Shown: positions 1-8,742 of the stretch, piece after piece | Layout: every line of letters starts with the position of its first letter | Numbering within the stretch: the stretch's first letter is position 1 | NCBI GenBank assembly: GCA_964487275.1 | Contig: CAZAQE010000028.1 | Coordinates: 262-64,261, forward strand | Length of the DNA: 64,000 nucleotides | Direction: 5' to 3' | DNA from: an uncultured Nocardioides sp. | GTDB taxonomy: Bacteria; Actinomycetota; Actinomycetes; Propionibacteriales; Nocardioidaceae | The notes under the pieces: generated by a model | Told to the model about the DNA's origin: nothing | What the model saw: the letters and a program-made list of their open reading frames with translations, nothing else | Database searches by the model: none | Made by a program: the position numbers and the translations under genes

Positions 1-63
1 TCTCCCAAAGCCCGGCGGGTTCGTTGAATCCCGACCGCATCCGCGCGAGGGCGGGGACCCGAC

Positions 64-729
64 TCAGCGGGACGAGGCGCCCTTGCGGGCCCGGTGGACC
101 TCCTCGACCAGCTGGTCGGCGGGCACGTCGAAGGCCGTGATCGGTACGACGAGAGGGTCCCGGCCGGCGCGGAGGTCGATCCGCACCCCCGCCGGGTTGC
201 GCTGCTGGACGCTCGCGCCCTTCACCTCGCGCCACGGCACCGTCACGGCGGTGTGGTAGCCGCGGTAGGCCAGCGCGTCCGGCCCCAGCTCGAGGGTCCA
301 GCGGTGCAGCCGGCCGCTGAGGAGGCGGACCAGGTCGGGCAGCGACGCCAGCGCGCCGACGATCGCCAGCAGCGCGAAGCCCGGCGACTCGAGGGCACCG
401 AAGTCCGTGGCCGCGAGCCAGGCCCAGAGCGCGGCCACGGCCAGCAGCGCCGCCCAGGCGACGAGCAGGCCCGCCACCGTTCCCAGGGGCGCCCGGAACG
501 CGCGGACGCCGTCGGTGGACACGACCGTCTCGCGGCGCCGGCGGGGCCGGACGAGCGCGGAGAGCGCCGTGACGAGGAGACCGGCGAACGCCACCAGCAG
601 GCCCGCCCCGGACCAGGCCAGGGCACCGTCGGCAACGGACGCCATGACCGCCCCGGCCAGCATCCCGACGAGGAGCAGCAGGAGCACGCTGGCCGTCCAC
701 CACCGCGGGATCAGCCGTTCCGGGCTCAC
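64..729 (-). CDS. polytopic membrane protein with soluble C-terminal PH-like domain; candidate immunity/partner of the upstream toxin-like gene
   Basis: Part of track ORF 64..783. GTG at 729 overlaps the TGA of the upstream gene (GTGA coupling). About four hydrophobic helices, then a ~70-aa soluble tail. Confidence 0.55.
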   Translation of the reverse strand: MSPERLIPRWWTASVLLLLLVGMLAGAVMASVADGALAWSGAGLLVAFAGLLVTALSALVRPRRRRETVVSTDGVRAFRAPLGTVAGLLVAWAALLAVAALWAWLAATDFGALESPGFALLAIVGALASLPDLVRLLSGRLHRWTLELGPDALAYRGYHTAVTVPWREVKGASVQQRNPAGVRIDLRAGRDPLVVPITAFDVPADQLVEEVHRARKGASSR

Positions 730-1832
730 CACGGCGTCACCGCGTCCCAGGCGTCGCCGATCGCGCCGGTCGCGTCGTCCCACCGGTCACCTGTCCAGTC
801 GGTGATGTCGTCCCAGTTGTCGTAGATCGTGCCGGCCAGCCACGAGCCGCCGGCAGCGAGCGCGCCTCCGGCCAGCACCACGGCCCACGCCGGGGCGGTG
901 ACCACACCGGCCGTGACCAGGAGACCGACCCCGACGCCCACGGCGATGCTGGTCCCGGTCGTGACCGCGACCCGCGTCCAGTCGCCGCTCTGCGTCCCCT
1001 CGTAGATGCCGAATCCGACGTCGATCAGGATGCCGGCCGGTCCACCGAAGAACCTGGCGCCCTTCCCGAACAGGTCGGCCTTGGTGAGCAGGTCGTCCAG
1101 CTGCGACTGGCCGGCGGGGGTCTTCAGCCGGTTGCGCACGGCCGGGTTGCCCGAGACGCGGGTCTTGCGGCGGAACTCCGCCGCGTCGGCCTTGTAGTCC
1201 TTGGCCTTGTTCAGGAGCGCCCAGCCGGCCAGGCCCGCCCCGGCGCCGCTGGCGAAGTTGGGGAACAGTGCGGCGATCGCCTCGAAGAGCGTGTCGGACG
1301 CGTCCTTCTTGCGGGCGTCCGCGACGTCGGCCGGCATGTTCGCGTCGACCCAGTCGACGAAGGTCTGGTAATCGCTCGCGGCGTCCTCCACGAGGGTGTT
1401 CCACAGCTCGATCCGCGCGACCGCCTCGTTGTACGCCGTCTCCTCCGGCGATCCCGCCTCGAAGGGGGTCGTCGGGGCGGCGGCGGGCTCCGAGATGACG
1501 GTGCCGGTGACGGTCAGGCCGCCCTCGGAGGCGCGGGCGCGGATCGACTTCATGTCGTCCTCGAGCCGCTTGAGCTTGGCGGCGTAGTCGTCGAGCGCCG
1601 TGGCCGCCCGCCCGACCCGCTCCTCGTGCTTGTCGCTGGCGCGCAGGATGTCGCCGGACACGTTGCGGTAGGAGGAGTAGGTCTCGCCCTCCCAGGAGTC
1701 CTGGGCGTAGTTGCGGGCGTCCTGCTGCTCGTCGCTGGCCTTGCCGACCTTGTCCTTGAGCGTGTCGCGCAGCCAATTGGCGGCGGCCGTGACCGCGTCC
1801 GGCGAGCCCTCGACCTTCGTGTCCAGGCTCAC
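726..1832 (-). CDS. WXG/LXG-like N-terminal helical domain fused to a glycine-zipper membrane C-terminus; putative T7SS-type secreted effector
   Basis: Track ORF of 368 aa. N-terminus is helical with a W-x-G motif (DSWEGETYSSY) and a coiled coil (AAKLKRLEDDMKSIRARA). C-terminus is GxxxG-rich and hydrophobic (GVGVGLLVTAGVV, LAGGALAAGGSWLAG), followed by a W/D-rich tail. Confidence 0.6.
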   Translation of the reverse strand: MSLDTKVEGSPDAVTAAANWLRDTLKDKVGKASDEQQDARNYAQDSWEGETYSSYRNVSGDILRASDKHEERVGRAATALDDYAAKLKRLEDDMKSIRARASEGGLTVTGTVISEPAAAPTTPFEAGSPEETAYNEAVARIELWNTLVEDAASDYQTFVDWVDANMPADVADARKKDASDTLFEAIAALFPNFASGAGAGLAGWALLNKAKDYKADAAEFRRKTRVSGNPAVRNRLKTPAGQSQLDDLLTKADLFGKGARFFGGPAGILIDVGFGIYEGTQSGDWTRVAVTTGTSIAVGVGVGLLVTAGVVTAPAWAVVLAGGALAAGGSWLAGTIYDNWDDITDWTGDRWDDATGAIGDAWDAVTPW

Positions 1833-2113
1833 GCGAGCCTGCCCATCCTGTCGAACTCCGCGGCGATCGCGGCCTCGGTGAGGCCGAGGTCGTCCGCACA
1901 GTCGCGGACGAGCTCGGCGATGCCGGTGTTGATCACCGCGATCTCGCCGGCCGTCTCGCTGACCGCGGCCAGGATGTTCGCGACGTGCTCAGCGCCGTAC
2001 CCCGCGTCGACCGTCTTCGGCGCCGTCGCGGCCGCCTCGTCGATCTTGCCTGCGGCGTCGTCGTGGCCGCCCGAGATCACGGCCGCCGCGCCGGCGTCCA
2101 GTCGCAGGGTCAC
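1829..2113 (-). CDS. small helical protein (94 aa), possible secretion helper
   Basis: In-frame GTG at 2113 overlaps the stop of the upstream gene. Its own TGA overlaps the GTG start of 726..1832. The N-terminal extension in the 135-aa track ORF is Arg-rich and looks non-coding. Confidence 0.5.
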   Translation of the reverse strand: MTLRLDAGAAAVISGGHDDAAGKIDEAAATAPKTVDAGYGAEHVANILAAVSETAGEIAVINTGIAELVRDCADDLGLTEAAIAAEFDRMGRLA

Positions 2114-2418
2114 GCCGGACCACCTGCTGGCTGAGCGGAGCGGACGTGCTCGGGGACCTCCACGTCGAGCAGCTTGAGGTCGAAGTGCTTGGCCTGCCTG
2201 ATGTCGTCGACCTTGCCGGTCTCGAACAGCAGCCACGCCTGGTCGTCTCCCCAGGCGTCGAGCAGCCGGTCCAGCGCCGTGTAGGCCACCAGCGCGATCC
2301 GGCCGTCACCGAGTCGCAGCATCCTGAAGTCGCTCACCGCGCCGTCGGGTCCGGTCTCGACCGGGAGGTAGACCACGGGTGGCACGGGGCGTTGCCTGGT
2401 CGGCTGCTGGTCGTTCAC
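2110..2418 (-). CDS. small SseB/SAV_915-like protein (102 aa)
   Basis: C-terminal part of track ORF 2110..2883, with GTG at 2418. Segment RIALVAYTALDRLLDAWGDDQAWLLFETGKV resembles small actinobacterial SseB-like proteins. First gene of a four-gene overlapping operon. Confidence 0.5.
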   Translation of the reverse strand: MNDQQPTRQRPVPPVVYLPVETGPDGAVSDFRMLRLGDGRIALVAYTALDRLLDAWGDDQAWLLFETGKVDDIRQAKHFDLKLLDVEVPEHVRSAQPAGGPA

Positions 2419-2494
2419 GACGGCGAGGCTACCCAGCCCCCGGCAGATCACACGGCGCCCGCACGACCGGATCGTCGCCGCTGGTTGGCGGGGC

Positions 2495-2527
2495 GGTCGC
2501 GCGCCGGTCGATCGCCGTTCGCCCGCC
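2495..2527 (+). promoter_or_regulatory. three tandem 11-nt direct repeats (GGTCGCGCGCC GGTCGATCGCC GTTCGCCCGCC); candidate PhoP PHO-box operator of phoD
   Basis: Exact 11-nt periodicity with a conserved G(G/T)TC head, 19 nt upstream of the phoD ATG. Confidence 0.3.
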
Positions 2528-2545
2528 CACGGTGGGCTGGTCGGC

Positions 2546-4114
2546 ATGATCTCGGCCACTCCGGAACCCACCTCACGCCGCACCCTGCTGCGCGGCGCCG
2601 TCCTGACCGCCGGTGCTGCGGCCGGCCTGCACGCGTCCCGCTCCTCGGCAGCCCCCCTCCTCGTGCGCCGCGACCGGCCGCTGCTGCCCCTGGGCGTGCA
2701 GTCCGGTGACGTCCGCGCGAGGTCCGCCGTGCTCTGGGCGAAGGCGGACCGGCCCGCCCGCCTGGTCGCCGAGGTCAGCCGCGACGCCTCCTTCCGGGGC
2801 GCCCGCAGGATCCCCGGCCCGGTCGTCACCCCGTCGACCGACCTCACCGGACGCTTCGAGCTGCGCGGGCTGCCGACGGGCACCGACCTCCACTACCGGA
2901 TCAGCGCCGTCGACCTGGACGACGACCGCGCCACGAGCGAGCCCACCGTCGGCCGTCTGCGCACGGCCCCGGGCCATGGCGACGACGTCCGCTTCCTGTG
3001 GTCCGGCGACATCGCCGGTCAGGGCTGGGGCGTGAACCCGGCGTACGGCGGCTTCCGGATCGCCGAGGCGATGCGCGCCCGCGACGCCGACTTCTTCCTC
3101 TGCAGCGGCGACAACGTGTACGCCGACGGACCGGTCCAGTCCTCCGTCGCGCTGCCGGACGGATCGACCTGGACCAACCTGGTCATCCCGGAGAAGACCA
3201 AGGTGGCCGAGACGCTGACGGAGTACCGCGGCCAGTACCGCTACAACCTGATGGCCGACAACTGGCGCGCCTTCCTCGCCGAGACGGCGCAGGTCGTGCA
3301 GTGGGACGACCACGAGGTGACGAACAACTGGTACCCCGGCGAGATCCTCGAGGACGCCCGCTACACCGAGAAGCGGGTCGACGTGCTCGCCGCCCGGGCC
3401 GCCCGGGCCTTCCACGAGTACACCCCGATCTCCGGCATCTCCCCGGACGCCGAGGGCCGCGTCTACCGGGTCCTCCCCTACGGCCCCCACCTCGACCTCT
3501 TCGTGCTCGACATGCGCACGCACAAGGACCCGAACACGGCGAACGACGAGACGACCACCGACGGCGGGGTGCTCGGCCGGCGCCAGACGGCGTGGCTGAT
3601 CGACGGCCTGCGCCGCTCGCGCGCCACCTGGAAGGTGATCGCCGCGGACCTGCCGCTCGGGCTCGTCGTACCGGACGGGATGTTCCAGGAGGGCCTCGCG
3701 CAGGGAGACCCCGGTGCCCCGCTGGGCCGTGAGGCCGACATCGCCGAGGTGCTCACCGCGCTGTCGCGGGCCGGGATCCGCAACCACGTGTGGCTGACCG
3801 CCGACGTCCACTACACGGCGGCCCACCACTACTCCCCCGACCGGGCGGCCTACCAGGACTTCGACCCGTTCTGGGAGTTCGTGTCGGGGCCGCTCAACGC
3901 GGGCGGCTTCGGGCCCAACCGCCTGGACGGCACCTTCGGTCCGGTCGCGGACTTCGTCGCCGCGCCGCCCGTCGCCAACGCGTCGCCGGCCGCCGGCCAC
4001 CAGTACTTCGGCGAGGTCGAGGTCGACGGCGCCACCGGCCGGCTGACCGTGACCCTGCGCGACGTCGAGGGCGCGGCGCTCTACACGCGGACGCTGGACC
4101 CGGCGGCCCGCTGA
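2546..4114 (+). CDS. phoD: alkaline phosphatase D family (PhoD), Tat-secreted
   Basis: 522-aa ORF. Twin-arginine signal TSRRTLLRGAVLTAGAAA. PhoD-like metallophosphatase motifs (FLWSGD, CSGDNVYADG, WDDHEV). Confidence 0.9.
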   Translation: MISATPEPTSRRTLLRGAVLTAGAAAGLHASRSSAAPLLVRRDRPLLPLGVQSGDVRARSAVLWAKADRPARLVAEVSRDASFRGARRIPGPVVTPSTDLTGRFELRGLPTGTDLHYRISAVDLDDDRATSEPTVGRLRTAPGHGDDVRFLWSGDIAGQGWGVNPAYGGFRIAEAMRARDADFFLCSGDNVYADGPVQSSVALPDGSTWTNLVIPEKTKVAETLTEYRGQYRYNLMADNWRAFLAETAQVVQWDDHEVTNNWYPGEILEDARYTEKRVDVLAARAARAFHEYTPISGISPDAEGRVYRVLPYGPHLDLFVLDMRTHKDPNTANDETTTDGGVLGRRQTAWLIDGLRRSRATWKVIAADLPLGLVVPDGMFQEGLAQGDPGAPLGREADIAEVLTALSRAGIRNHVWLTADVHYTAAHHYSPDRAAYQDFDPFWEFVSGPLNAGGFGPNRLDGTFGPVADFVAAPPVANASPAAGHQYFGEVEVDGATGRLTVTLRDVEGAALYTRTLDPAAR

Positions 4115-4136
4115 GCCTCGTGCACTACGCCATCAT

Positions 4137-5066
4137 GTGGGCGTGATTCCCACCCGGATCCCCCACGGCCGTACCGCCCGACGTGTCGAGTGGGCACACC
4201 TGCCGCCCGCCGTGCGCGACGCGGTGGAGACCCGACTGGGCGCACCGGTCGAGGAGGCGGTGTCACAGGGCGCCGGCTTCACACCGGGCTTCGCCTCGGT
4301 GCTCACCTGCACCGACGGCTCCCGGCACTTCGTGAAGGCCGCCTCGGTCCGCGCGCAGCGGATGTTCGCCGACTCCTACCGCGAGGAGGCCCGCAAGCTC
4401 GGCGCCCTGCCGCCCGGCACCCCGGCACCGCGGCTGCTGTGGACCGACGAGGTCGCCGACTGGTTCCTGCTCGGGATCGAGTACGTCGACGGACGGGCCC
4501 CGCTGCGCCCCTGGACCGACGCCGACCTGGGCGTCGCCTCGGCCATGGCCGTGGAGATGACCAGGTTGCTCACCCCCGCCCCGGCCGGCCTCGGCCGGGC
4601 CACCGAGGAGTTCGCGTCGTGGCCGGCGCTCTGGGACCGGCTGGACCACCCGCGGGCGGCGGAGATCGGGGCGCTGGCCGCCCGCTACGCCGAGGTCGTG
4701 GACGGCGACACGCTCGTGCACACCGACATCCGCGACGACAACATCCTCGTGCTGGCGGAGGGCCGCGCCGTGCTCTGCGACTGGAACTGGCCGGTCGTCG
4801 GCGCCGCCTGGCTCGACTCGCTGTTCCTGCTGATCGGCCCGCGCGGCGACGGCCTGGACGTCGAGGGGCACATCGCGGAGCACCCGCTGCTGTCCGGCGT
4901 CCCGACCGAGCACGTCGACGTCGTACTCGCGCTCGTGCTGGGCTACTTCGCCGCCTCGGCCAACGAGCCCGTCCCGCCGACCTCGCCGTACGTCCGGGCC
5001 GCGCAGGCGTGGCAGCGCGACGTGGTCGACCAGTGGCTGGCGCAGCGGCGTGGTTGGAGCGACTGA
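4137..5066 (+). CDS. aminoglycoside/choline-kinase-like phosphotransferase family protein
   Basis: 309-aa ORF with an APH-type catalytic loop HTDIRDDNIL and CDWNW. Confidence 0.75.
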   Translation: MGVIPTRIPHGRTARRVEWAHLPPAVRDAVETRLGAPVEEAVSQGAGFTPGFASVLTCTDGSRHFVKAASVRAQRMFADSYREEARKLGALPPGTPAPRLLWTDEVADWFLLGIEYVDGRAPLRPWTDADLGVASAMAVEMTRLLTPAPAGLGRATEEFASWPALWDRLDHPRAAEIGALAARYAEVVDGDTLVHTDIRDDNILVLAEGRAVLCDWNWPVVGAAWLDSLFLLIGPRGDGLDVEGHIAEHPLLSGVPTEHVDVVLALVLGYFAASANEPVPPTSPYVRAAQAWQRDVVDQWLAQRRGWSD

Positions 5067-5075
5067 GCCCTCCGC

Positions 5076-5561
5076 TCAGGCGCGGCCGATCGCCTCGGGG
5101 TCGATGACGACGAACTGCGGATCGTCGGGGTGCACGTGTACGTCGAGGATCGTGTCGACCTGGATCCGCGGGATCGCGAGCTGGGAGACCAGCTCGTCGA
5201 CCGTGACCCGGTAGGGCTCGCCGGTCTCCGGCGTCACCTCGAGGGTGAACACGACGTAGGGATCCTGGTTGAGGTGTCCGCGGACGCGCGCGTTCGCGAT
5301 CCGGGCCGTGGTCCGGATGCCGTCCTCCATCGCCCGGCGCCGGTGGGCGTTGCGGGCCCGGACCTGGCGGATCTTGAAGAAGGCGAAGACCGCCAGGCCG
5401 ACGCCGGCCACGGCGAAGGCGTAGCCGGCATAGGTGCCGGCGTGCTTGCCCCCGTCCCGGGTCGCGCCCATGACGACCAACGTCCAGAAGGCGATGGTCG
5501 GCACGATCATGATCACGCCGACGGGGAACTGCGGCTGTGAGGGGGGCGTCACGGCCGCCAT
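5076..5561 (-). CDS. hypothetical membrane protein (161 aa)
   Basis: Trimmed from track ORF 5076..5747 to the ATG at 5561 (MAAVTPPSQ...). Two N-terminal hydrophobic helices, then a soluble domain. Confidence 0.5.
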   Translation of the reverse strand: MAAVTPPSQPQFPVGVIMIVPTIAFWTLVVMGATRDGGKHAGTYAGYAFAVAGVGLAVFAFFKIRQVRARNAHRRRAMEDGIRTTARIANARVRGHLNQDPYVVFTLEVTPETGEPYRVTVDELVSQLAIPRIQVDTILDVHVHPDDPQFVVIDPEAIGRA

Positions 5562-5753
5562 CCCAGCAGGTCGGGGCCGTGCTGGCAACGATCCCGGCCG
5601 GTTGGCGATTTGGGACCACTGTTCGCCCGCTGTTAGCCTTGCTGGTCGCGTCTCCCGCGTGCCTGCGCCTGCCCTCGTCGGTCGGCCGGCTCCCGCGGAT
5701 CCGCGCTCCGGACCAGTCCAGACATCCACCCGAACACGTAGAGGCAATCACCC

Positions 5754-6014
5754 GTGGCGAACATCAAGAGCCAGATCAAGCGCAACAAGCAGAACGAGAA
5801 GCGCCACGAGCGCAACAAGGCCGTCAAGTCGGGCCTGAAGACCGCGATCCGCAAGTTCCGCGAGGCCGCCGAGGCCGGCGACAAGGACAGCGCGGTCGCG
5901 CTGGCCCAGGACGCCACGAAGAAGCTCGACAAGGCTGCTTCGAAGGGCGTCATCCACAAGAACCAGGCCGCGAACCGCAAGTCGTCGATCGCCAAGCAGG
6001 CCGCCTCTCTCTGA
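5754..6014 (+). CDS. rpsT: 30S ribosomal protein S20
   Basis: 86 aa, [26 protein letters not shown]..., a canonical S20 N-terminus. Confidence 0.97.
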   Translation: MANIKSQIKRNKQNEKRHERNKAVKSGLKTAIRKFREAAEAGDKDSAVALAQDATKKLDKAASKGVIHKNQAANRKSSIAKQAASL

Positions 6015-6055
6015 GTTTCCCCTGCTCTGGCTCCGGTCCGGAGCCATCACGTCAA

Positions 6056-6083
6056 GGGAGTCCCCGAACGGGGGCTCCCTTTC
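6056..6083. terminator. hairpin plus T-tract between convergent rpsT and holA
   Basis: GGGAGTCCCC-GAAC-GGGGGCTCCC (10-bp stem with one G:U) followed by TTTCG. Confidence 0.55.
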
Positions 6084-6089
6084 GTGATA

Positions 6090-7061
6090 TCAGGAGCGAC
6101 GGAGCGCGGTGATGGTGAGCACCAGCCGCTCCAGCGCGTACGACGCGTCGCTGGCCGCGCCCTTGATGTCGGCGTCGGCCTGGGCGACCGCGCGGATCGC
6201 GCGGGACAGGCCCGCCTCCGACCAGCCGCGGGCCTGGTCGCGCAGCGAGCGCAGCTTCCACGGCGGCACACCCACCTCGCGAGCGAGGTCGGCATCGCGC
6301 ATCCCGCGCGGGGCGCTCACCAGCCGGGCCAGGCCGCGGGCGCTGCCCGCGAAGGCGGAGGTGATCAGCACGGCCGCAGTGCCGGCGTCGAGCGCCCAGC
6401 GGAGCTCCTCGAGCGCAACCTGGCCGCGCCCGGCGAACGCCGCGTCGGCGACCGCGAAGGACTTCGCCTCGGCGCGGCCACCGAAGTAGCGCTTGACTTG
6501 GGACTCCCCGATCCGCTCCCCCGGGAAGTCGTTGGCGAGCTGGCTCGCCGCACCGGCCAGTGAGCGCAGGTCGCGACCGATCGCCTCGATGAGGACGTCG
6601 GCGGCGTCGCGGTCGAGCGTGGCGCCGTGGCGTCGTACCTCGTTGGCGACGAAGGCGGGGAAGTCGGAGGGCTTCAGCTCCTCGGACTTGTGCTCCGTGA
6701 CGGGCGGGAGCTTGCGGAGCTTGGTGAGCACCCCGCTGCCCTTCTGCCCTCCGCCGTGGACCAGGACGAGGGCGACGTCGTCGGCCGGGGCACCGGCGTA
6801 GGCGAGGAGGCCGTCGACGGACTCGTCGGGCAGGTTCTCCAGGCCGCGGACGACGACGCAGCGCACGGCCGAGAACAGCGACGGGGCCGCCATCTCGCCG
6901 AGCGAGGCGAGCGTGAGGTCGGCCGCCGCGGCGTCGGAGAACTCTGCCTCGGCGTCGTGCTCACGCACGGCGGCCTTGACGTCGTCGACGGTGCGGGCGC
7001 CGAGGAACTCCTCCTTGCCGGTGACCAGGATGACCCGTCCCAACACGTCAGCGGCCCGCAT
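6090..7061 (-). CDS. holA: DNA polymerase III subunit delta
   Basis: Track ORF 6090..7097 trimmed to the ATG at 7061 (MRAADVLGRVILVTGKEEFL). Length, composition and position downstream of comEC are typical of actinobacterial holA. Confidence 0.88.
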   Translation of the reverse strand: MRAADVLGRVILVTGKEEFLGARTVDDVKAAVREHDAEAEFSDAAAADLTLASLGEMAAPSLFSAVRCVVVRGLENLPDESVDGLLAYAGAPADDVALVLVHGGGQKGSGVLTKLRKLPPVTEHKSEELKPSDFPAFVANEVRRHGATLDRDAADVLIEAIGRDLRSLAGAASQLANDFPGERIGESQVKRYFGGRAEAKSFAVADAAFAGRGQVALEELRWALDAGTAAVLITSAFAGSARGLARLVSAPRGMRDADLAREVGVPPWKLRSLRDQARGWSEAGLSRAIRAVAQADADIKGAASDASYALERLVLTITALRRS

Positions 7062-7106
7062 GGGAGACACCTTCCCACACGCTCCCGACACGAGCACCGG
7101 CGGCGG

Positions 7107-8696
7107 TCACCGGGCCACGACCCTCGGTCCGGCTCCCCCGGCGACGACCGCGACATCGCCCTCCTCGTCGGTCCGGTGCACCTCGGCGCCGGCAGCACGG
7201 AGGCCGTCGAGCAGGTCGGGTGCCGGGTGGCCGTAGTCGTTGTCGGCACCCACCGACACCAGCGCGAGCTCCGGGCGCAGCGAGGTGAGCCAGCGCTCGT
7301 CCTGGTGACGGCTGCCATGGTGGGGCACCTTGAGGACGTCGACGTCGAGGCCCGGGAGCAAGCGGGCGAGTTCGGCCTGGCCGGGTGGCTCGATGTCGCC
7401 GGTGAGGAGCAGCCGGAGCCCGGCGACGTCGACCACGAGCACCACGCTGGCATCGTTGGCGGAGCTGCCGTCGCCCGCCCCCGGCACCGGCACGGGGACG
7501 TCCGGGTGCACGACCTGGATCGTGGCCGTGCCGACCCTGCGGGTCGCGCCGTACGACGCCCTCCGCACCGGCACCCCCGCCCGGGCCGCCACTTCGCGGA
7601 CCTCGTCCACCGCCGCCGGCGGGTCCAGCACCGAGGTCACCTCGACGGCACCGACGCGGCGTCCACGCACCACCCCGGCCAGGCCGTCGACGTGGTCGGC
7701 GTGGAAGTGGGTCAGCACGACGAGCGGGACCTGCTCGACACCGAGCCGGTCGAGACAGCCGTCGACGGCCTCCGGATCGGGGCCCGCGTCGACCACGACC
7801 GCGGCTCCCGGACCGACCGACACCGCGAGCGCGTCGCCCTGCCCGACGTCGCAGGCCACCAGCACCCAGCCCGCCGGCGGCCACCCGAAGGAAGGCGTCG
7901 ACCAGATCCGGCCCGGCACCCCCAGGACGACCAGCAGGAGCAGCACCGCGAGCGAGACACCCCACGCCCGGTGGCGCACGATCCGGGGCAGGACGACGGC
8001 GACCGCGACGCAGAGCCCGACGAGCAGCAGCACGGCCAGCGGCCCGGTACCCCATGCGACCGCCGCTCCGGGCAGGTCCGCACCACGCTCGGCGACCGCG
8101 ATGATCCACGCGACGCACCACGCCGCGCCGGTGCCGACCACCCGGCCGGCAGCCGGGAGCACCAGCCCGACCAGCCCGCCGAGCAGGCCGAGCACGGTCG
8201 CCGGTCCGACCGCCGGACCCGCGAGGAGGTTGGCCAGCACCGCGACCAGGCTGACCTGGCCCGACAGCACCGCCACGACCGGCGTGCAGGCCAGCTGCGC
8301 GGCCGTCGGCACCGCCACCGCCTCGGCGAGGCCGCGGGGCATCCACCGGGAGAGCGCCTCGGCCAAGGGCGGGCCCAGCAGCACGATCCCTCCGGTCGCG
8401 AGGACCGAGAGCGCGAAGCCGGCCGACGTGGCGAGCGCGGGATCGACCAGCACCAGCACGACCAGCGCGACACCGAGCGCCCGCAGGCCGCGACGGCGCC
8501 CGTCCGGCCCGAAGGCGAACAGCCCGACCGTGCCCATCGCCGCCGCTCGCAGCACGCTCGGCTCCGTGCGGGCGAGCAGGACGAACCCGATGATCCCGGC
8601 GAGGCCGACGAGCACCAGCCAGCGGCCGCGGACGCCGACCGCCCGGGCAGCCAGCAGCAGGGCCCCGACGACGAGGGTCAGGTTGGTGCCGGACAC
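7107..8696 (-). CDS. comEC: ComEC/Rec2 3' fragment (competence membrane domain plus metallo-beta-lactamase domain), separated from its 5' part by the insertion
   Basis: 529 aa with many TM helices and MBL motif THFHADHVDG...VPHHGS. The frame stays open upstream to 8720 (CGLTHLTAVSGTNL), so the GTG at 8696 is only a nominal start. Confidence 0.9.
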   Translation of the reverse strand: MSGTNLTLVVGALLLAARAVGVRGRWLVLVGLAGIIGFVLLARTEPSVLRAAAMGTVGLFAFGPDGRRRGLRALGVALVVLVLVDPALATSAGFALSVLATGGIVLLGPPLAEALSRWMPRGLAEAVAVPTAAQLACTPVVAVLSGQVSLVAVLANLLAGPAVGPATVLGLLGGLVGLVLPAAGRVVGTGAAWCVAWIIAVAERGADLPGAAVAWGTGPLAVLLLVGLCVAVAVVLPRIVRHRAWGVSLAVLLLLVVLGVPGRIWSTPSFGWPPAGWVLVACDVGQGDALAVSVGPGAAVVVDAGPDPEAVDGCLDRLGVEQVPLVVLTHFHADHVDGLAGVVRGRRVGAVEVTSVLDPPAAVDEVREVAARAGVPVRRASYGATRRVGTATIQVVHPDVPVPVPGAGDGSSANDASVVLVVDVAGLRLLLTGDIEPPGQAELARLLPGLDVDVLKVPHHGSRHQDERWLTSLRPELALVSVGADNDYGHPAPDLLDGLRAAGAEVHRTDEEGDVAVVAGGAGPRVVAR

Positions 8697-8699
8697 CGC

Positions 8700-8724
8700 C
8701 GTCAGGTGGGTCAGACCGCACTAG
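8700..8724. repeat. attL junction: shared core TGGGTCAG (8707..8714) plus element-side half-site CGCACTAG (8717..8724)
   Basis: The core is identical to 22381..22388. The half-site is the reverse complement of CTAGTGCG at 22365..22372. Confidence 0.75.
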
Positions 8725-8742
8725 AAGGCAACAACCACTACG

